Source: Candidatus Cloacimonadales bacterium (GTDB taxonomy: Bacteria; Cloacimonadota; Cloacimonadia; Cloacimonadales; JAIOQZ01). From it: a stretch of 64,000 nt of DNA. The DNA lies in contig OY762463.1 in the NCBI GenBank assembly GCA_963665815.1, positions 320,001 to 384,000 on the forward strand. The letters run 5' to 3'. The position numbers and the translations under genes were made by a program. Under the pieces are notes generated by a model that searched no databases, was not told where the DNA came from, and saw only the letters and a list, made by a program, of their open reading frames with translations. Positions 59,076 to 64,000 of this stretch are shown here, piece after piece. How positions within the stretch are numbered: the stretch's first letter is position 1; each line of letters begins with the position of its first letter.

Positions 59076-60155
59076 ATGTCTGGAAGAATCGCGAATTTCA
59101 GTGCAGGACCGGCTGTATTACCGGAATCAGTTATTCTTGAAGCTCAAGAAAATCTGTTTAATTACAAAGGGAAAGGCTTATCAGTAATGGAAATGAGTCA
59201 CCGTTCTCAGAATTTCCAGGAAATTATTGATGGTGCAATGGATTTGGCAAAAGAACTGATGGGACTTAAAGACGATTATGATATTCTGTTTTTAGGTGGA
59301 GGAGCCAGTACTCAATTTTTAACTATTCCTCTTAATCTTTGTCCGGATGATAAAACTGCTAATTATGTTGATACAGGTACCTGGTCAACAAAGGCATTGA
59401 AAGAAGCAAAGAAAATCGGGAAGAAAATGCATGTTGCGGCTTCTTCGGAAGATAAAGCTTTCACTTATATCCCAAGAGAATTCAATCTTACTGATGATGC
59501 AGCTTACCTTCATATCACGACAAACAATACAATTAGAGGAACAGAATATACATTCATTCCTGAAGTAAATGTTCCACTTATTGGGGACATGTCTTCTAAT
59601 TTCCTCAGTAAACCAATGGATTTCACAAAATTTGCTCTTATTTATGCTGGTGCTCAAAAAAATATCGGACCTTCCGGTGTTACATTTGTAGCTATCAGAA
59701 AAGACATTCAGGATAAATTAAACCCGGGACTTCCTACAATGCTTGATTATAAAACTCATATCAGCAAAGGAACCATGTTTAACACTCCTCCAACATTCCC
59801 AATCTACATTGTTGGTCTCGTTCTTAAATGGATAAAAGCAAATGGTGGATTAGAAGGTATCGAAAAAATCAATAAAAAGAAAGCCGGATACATCTATGAT
59901 GTAATCGATTCAACTGATTTCTATAATGGTCCTGTTGTTCCTGCAGACAGATCACTCATGAACATTCCTTTCAGACTTGTTAATGAAGATCTTGAAAAGA
60001 AATTCATAGCTGAAGCTGCTGAAGCTGGTATGATCGGTCTTAAAGGTCACAGATCAGTTGGTGGATGTAGAGCTTCCGTATATAATTCATTACCACTTGA
60101 AGCTGCTAAGAAATTATCAGATTTCATGGTTGAATTCGAAAAGAAAAACGGTTAA
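59076..60155 (+). CDS. serC: Phosphoserine aminotransferase
   Basis: NFSAGPA.LP, EMSHRS, IYAGAQKNIGPSG, NTPP, GLKGHRSVGGCRAS.YN. Confidence 0.98.
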   Translation: MSGRIANFSAGPAVLPESVILEAQENLFNYKGKGLSVMEMSHRSQNFQEIIDGAMDLAKELMGLKDDYDILFLGGGASTQFLTIPLNLCPDDKTANYVDTGTWSTKALKEAKKIGKKMHVAASSEDKAFTYIPREFNLTDDAAYLHITTNNTIRGTEYTFIPEVNVPLIGDMSSNFLSKPMDFTKFALIYAGAQKNIGPSGVTFVAIRKDIQDKLNPGLPTMLDYKTHISKGTMFNTPPTFPIYIVGLVLKWIKANGGLEGIEKINKKKAGYIYDVIDSTDFYNGPVVPADRSLMNIPFRLVNEDLEKKFIAEAAEAGMIGLKGHRSVGGCRASVYNSLPLEAAKKLSDFMVEFEKKNG

Positions 60156-60169
60156 TTAAAAACTATATA

Positions 60170-60202
60170 AACGGCATTGCATTGCAATGCCGTCTTTTTT
60201 TT
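60170..60202 (+). terminator. Rho-independent terminator after serC
   Basis: ACGGCATTGC-ATT-GCAATGCCGT followed by CTTTTTTT. Confidence 0.75.
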
Positions 60203-60205
60203 GAT

Positions 60206-60952
60206 ATGGAAAAATTATCTGTTACAATCATCACTAAAAACGAAGAGAATAATATTGATAGATGCCTTAAATCTGTTGCATGGGCTGATGAGATTATCAT
60301 TGTTGATTCAGGATCTGTTGACAGAACTCTGGATATATGCAAAAATCATAAGTGCAGTATTTTATCAATAGAATGGCTTGGTTTTGGAAAAACAAAGCAG
60401 TTTGCCGTTGATCAGGCCTCGTATGAATGGGTATTTTCAATCGATGCAGACGAGGAAGTAACTCCAGAATTGAAAGCTTCAATATTGAAAGTGCTTAAGG
60501 ACAATCCCGAAACTACAGGATTCAGAATATCAAGAAGATCATTTTATGTTGATAAATGGATAAAGCATTCCGGATGGGATAACGATGCTCCATTGAGACT
60601 TTTCAGGAAATCCGGAGGTGGATTTAACGATAAGGAAGTTCACGAAAGCATAGAGGTAAATGGTAAAGTTGATAAGCTCGCAGGCAAAATGCTGCATTAT
60701 ACTTATCCGACTATCAGTTCACACATAGAGAAACTTGACAGATATTCTGAATTGAATGTGAAGAAACAATATAAATCAGGAAAAACATATTCTGTGGGTA
60801 AAGCTGTATCAAGAGGTTTTGCTAAATTCCTGAAAATGTATTTTATTCAGAAAGGCTTTCTTGATGGACAGACAGGACTTGTGCTTGCATTGAACTCAGC
60901 GTTTGGAGTATATCTGAAATATATCAAATTGTGGGAAAGAACAAAAAAATGA
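60206..60952 (+). CDS. Glycosyltransferase family 2 (WaaE/KdtX-like, LPS core)
   Basis: LSVTIITKNEE, VDSGS.D, IDADE, VHE, HYTY, GFLDG..G. Confidence 0.92.
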   Translation: MEKLSVTIITKNEENNIDRCLKSVAWADEIIIVDSGSVDRTLDICKNHKCSILSIEWLGFGKTKQFAVDQASYEWVFSIDADEEVTPELKASILKVLKDNPETTGFRISRRSFYVDKWIKHSGWDNDAPLRLFRKSGGGFNDKEVHESIEVNGKVDKLAGKMLHYTYPTISSHIEKLDRYSELNVKKQYKSGKTYSVGKAVSRGFAKFLKMYFIQKGFLDGQTGLVLALNSAFGVYLKYIKLWERTKK

Positions 60953-61968
60953 GGATACTTATTACTCAAACGGCTTTTTTGGGAGATGCAGTTATTCTGA
61001 CGGCGTTAATCAGGGAGTGTCATAGAGTTTTTGAGAACAGTAAGATTGATGTATTAGTGTGTCCTCCGGCAGATCAGTTATTGAAAAACAATCCATACAT
61101 AAATGATGTCTTAGTATTTGATAAAAAGAAAGAAAAACTTAAAAGTTTTATAAGCAATCTGAAAACTATTAGAAATAACAAATATGATTTATCACTTAAT
61201 GCACATAGCTCATTCACAACTATCCTGTTCAGTGTTTTAGGAGGAATTCCTGAAAGAACAGGTTTTGACAGGCGATCTTCCAGATTTCTTCTTACAAAGA
61301 GAGTTCCTTTTGTTGAAAGTAAAAAAAGAGTACTTAAGAATCTGGATTTACTCAGTCCATTCAGTAATAAAGAAATGTCATTTCAGACAGAGCTGTTTCC
61401 TTCAAAAGAGGATTTTAACAGAACTGTAAGTTTGATAGTCAGTTTTACGGGAAAGAGGAAAAAGGTTGTAATATTCCCAGGTTCAGTCTGGAATACAAAA
61501 AGATGGTGTGAAGAATATTTTGTGGAGTTGGTTAAACTTCTTTCGGTAGAGGATATTAGTATCATCTTCTCAGGGAGTAATGGTGAATATGCTCTATGTC
61601 ATGAGATTATTAACCAGTCTGGTATAGATTGTCTTAATCTGGCAGGTAAATGTACATTGCTGGAGACGGCTGCAGTTATTGCTGAATCTGATGTTGTTGT
61701 CTGTAATGACAGTGGAGCATTGCATATAGCCAATGCAATGAAGACAGATGCAGTCGTTTTCTTTGGGCCTACCGTAGAAAAATTAGGTTACTTTCCTCTT
61801 GGCAAAAAAGATGTTGTTCTTGAAACTGACCTTGACTGTAGACCTTGTGGACTTCATGGAAGCAAGGAATGTCCTTTGGGGCATCATAACTGCATGAAGA
61901 AGATTAAACCAATTACTGCCTTTAATGAGGTAATGAATTTATTGAATATAGAACAGGAATTAAAGTAA
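60949..61968 (+). CDS. Glycosyltransferase family 9 (heptosyltransferase WaaF-like)
   Basis: QTAFLGDAVI, PGSVWNTKRW, NDSGALHIA, FFGPT, CRPC..HG...CP.GHH.CM. Confidence 0.92.
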   Translation: MRILITQTAFLGDAVILTALIRECHRVFENSKIDVLVCPPADQLLKNNPYINDVLVFDKKKEKLKSFISNLKTIRNNKYDLSLNAHSSFTTILFSVLGGIPERTGFDRRSSRFLLTKRVPFVESKKRVLKNLDLLSPFSNKEMSFQTELFPSKEDFNRTVSLIVSFTGKRKKVVIFPGSVWNTKRWCEEYFVELVKLLSVEDISIIFSGSNGEYALCHEIINQSGIDCLNLAGKCTLLETAAVIAESDVVVCNDSGALHIANAMKTDAVVFFGPTVEKLGYFPLGKKDVVLETDLDCRPCGLHGSKECPLGHHNCMKKIKPITAFNEVMNLLNIEQELK

Positions 61969-63056
61969 TGAGATTACTTGATAAATATATTATAAGAGAA
62001 TATTTACGAACACTTTTCATAATTCTGATGTCTTTCTCTGTTATTTTTATTATTGTTGATATTTTTGATCAGCTTCCGAGATTATTAAGGAATGGTGCTG
62101 AATTCAATCAGGCAATAATATTTTTCATTCTCAGAATTCCATACTTGTTTATAATGACTTCAGCTCTTGGAGTCTTACTATCGGGTTTATTTCTTATGAA
62201 TACATTATCGAGATATAATGAGTCTATTGCGATAAGAGCTGCCGGAATAAGTATTACAAGAATGGTTTTACCATTGTTTGTTTTTGCGTTTTTATACAGT
62301 ATTCTGATAATGATAGTAGGAGAATTTGTTCTACCAAAAACGGAAAGCTATAGAGACTATGTCTATAATGTTGAGATTAAAGGGAAAGAACGGCAGGACA
62401 ATAGAGTTCGATCTAATATTCATTATCCGGGTAAAGACAATTATCTGTTTGCAATAAATTATTTTGATGGTTACAAGAACGAAATAAGGAATCTTGATAT
62501 TTCTCAGTTCGATTATGATACCGGTGAAGTGAAAAGGCAGATTATCAGTGAAAGAGCATTATGGAAAGATAATATCTGGATTGGTCAGAAGTGTTATGTG
62601 CGGGAAAGAAACAAAGATGGTCGTGTATACAATCAATACTATGATAAGCTGAGGATACCTGAACTTGATGTTACTCCTGAAGGCTTCATTAAGAAAATGA
62701 AAGATCCGAATTCTATGAATTTCTTCGAGCTTTACGATTATATTAAGAGACTTAAACATATCGGAGAAATTCATAACAAAGAACTGGTAGATCTGCACTT
62801 CAAAGTTGCATTTCCTTTTGCTAACTTCATAATCATTCTGTTCTGTGTTCCTCTTGCTTCTGCATCAACAAGATCCAAAGGGCGAGGGATCGTTTTCCTT
62901 ATAGGACTATTGATTTGCTTCCTGTACTTGTCAACGCTCAGAATAAGTCAGAGTCTTGGTCATAATGGTGTGCTGGAACCCTGGCTTGCAGCCTGGATGC
63001 CTAATATAATATTCCTGTTAGCCGGTATTGGATTTGTTGTTAAATCTGAGATTTGA
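61968..63056 (+). CDS. LPS export permease, LptF/LptG family
   Basis: MRLLDKYI, NE.IAIRAAGIS..R, K.AFPF, LAAWMPNIIF. Confidence 0.92.
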   Translation: MRLLDKYIIREYLRTLFIILMSFSVIFIIVDIFDQLPRLLRNGAEFNQAIIFFILRIPYLFIMTSALGVLLSGLFLMNTLSRYNESIAIRAAGISITRMVLPLFVFAFLYSILIMIVGEFVLPKTESYRDYVYNVEIKGKERQDNRVRSNIHYPGKDNYLFAINYFDGYKNEIRNLDISQFDYDTGEVKRQIISERALWKDNIWIGQKCYVRERNKDGRVYNQYYDKLRIPELDVTPEGFIKKMKDPNSMNFFELYDYIKRLKHIGEIHNKELVDLHFKVAFPFANFIIILFCVPLASASTRSKGRGIVFLIGLLICFLYLSTLRISQSLGHNGVLEPWLAAWMPNIIFLLAGIGFVVKSEI

Positions 63057-63074
63057 TATGAGATTTCGCAGAAA

Positions 63075-64000
63075 TTAATATGTAAAAACTACTCCACTGT
63101 TAGGGAATACCCACTCATCTGTGGAAGTACTGACAATAATTTCCGTTGCTGCTTCTTTCACTTCCGGAAACTTGTTCTGCCCTGAAAAGATTAGTACAGG
63201 TTCAACTTGATTAAGTACATTCTCGTAAACAAATTTGATATATATACCTTTCGTTAACTCATTAATGAACACACTCATCTGATGCTGTGATTTTGGATAG
63301 TACGTTGCTGTTTTAATCAAAAAAGTTACTTCATTACCTATCATATTTTGCAATGATTCATGTGAACAGTTTATTTCCAGACAACCGGATTTTATTGATG
63401 TTTCAATATTAAGGGAGATATCATTCACCTTTATTTCATTCACCAGGAACGTTTTGGAGCTTAAAGGGAGTTTATCATCCAAAAGCCATCTATATTCGAC
63501 ATTTTTCTTCAGAAAGTAACGTGACAGTTTTTTGGAATCTGTTGCACAAGCGATAATAAAGCTTTTATCATCAAGTAGTTTGTCAAAAGATAAGGAGGTT
63601 TCGACTTTGTAATAATTAGAAAATTCCTGTTCTTGAGGAACACTGAATTTAATCGTGTGACGAAAGTTTCTTCTGTAATGAATATCTCTGTCTTTATCGC
63701 GGAATAATTTCTGTATAATTTCATGCACAATGATTCCGGACACTTCATCATTACCAAGTTTCTGATTTAATGATGCTTTTATTACATCCCTCAGTTTTCG
63801 ATCTGAGAAATCTTTCGGAAAGAAGTTTCTGAGGAGCAGAGGTGAGGAATGTATTAGTTTACCGTTTCTGTAATATTCACGAGGAGCACGTCTTCCAACC
63901 TGACAAAGAAGTTCATATGGAGAACCTTTGAATTGACTTGCAGCTTTCTCAAAACATGCAGTTTCATTTTCGCTGCCAAGTATAACAACTTTTGAGCCGA
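63075..64000 (-). CDS. alr: Alanine racemase C-terminal end fused to a ~250-aa unknown domain (5' part outside window)
   Basis: Frame is open from the window end: GSKVVILG...AASQFKGSPYELLCQVGRRAPREYY, the Alr C-terminal motif, continuing in frame into ORF 63075-63743. Confidence 0.7.
   Translation of the reverse strand, partial: GSKVVILGSENETACFEKAASQFKGSPYELLCQVGRRAPREYYRNGKLIHSSPLLLRNFFPKDFSDRKLRDVIKASLNQKLGNDEVSGIIVHEIIQKLFRDKDRDIHYRRNFRHTIKFSVPQEQEFSNYYKVETSLSFDKLLDDKSFIIACATDSKKLSRYFLKKNVEYRWLLDDKLPLSSKTFLVNEIKVNDISLNIETSIKSGCLEINCSHESLQNMIGNEVTFLIKTATYYPKSQHQMSVFINELTKGIYIKFVYENVLNQVEPVLIFSGQNKFPEVKEAATEIIVSTSTDEWVFPNSGVVFTY

Overview
AT-rich bacterial chromosomal window from a Gram-negative-type organism. 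I infer Candidatus Cloacimonadota or another FCB-group lineage from a PNPFNP...WNG.D..G...SSGIYF C-terminal sorting domain and LPS/Lpt genes. Housekeeping genes flank the window: rpsI-rplM on the left; pmm/pgm, serC, LPS glycosyltransferases, an LptF/G permease and the 3' end of an unusually extended alanine racemase on the right. The main accessory feature is an ~11.5 kb array of orphan Rhs toxin-tip/immunity cassettes (12.6-24.1 kb). Every cassette after the first is preceded by the same terminator hairpin plus an Rhs-core tail. In three cassettes the Rhs junction is interrupted by small (37-85 nt) hairpin elements that show compensatory base changes and conserved TC/TAC internal loops. Next to the array, a ChlI-like AAA+ ORF and a vWA ORF are joined by an A_AAA_AAG -1 frameshift site, suggesting one chlD-like gene with two products. 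Other items: a lone Desulfovibrio-type flagellin; a cheD remnant; an HhH-barrel/FadL-like barrel/5'-nucleotidase operon; a Cache-PAS kinase/RR-PP2C/STAS partner-switching cluster; a four-module beta-helix surface protein; and a subtilase lacking the catalytic His. No rRNA, tRNA, CRISPR array, transposase, integrase or reverse transcriptase was seen. All calls come from motif recognition by eye, with no database searches.
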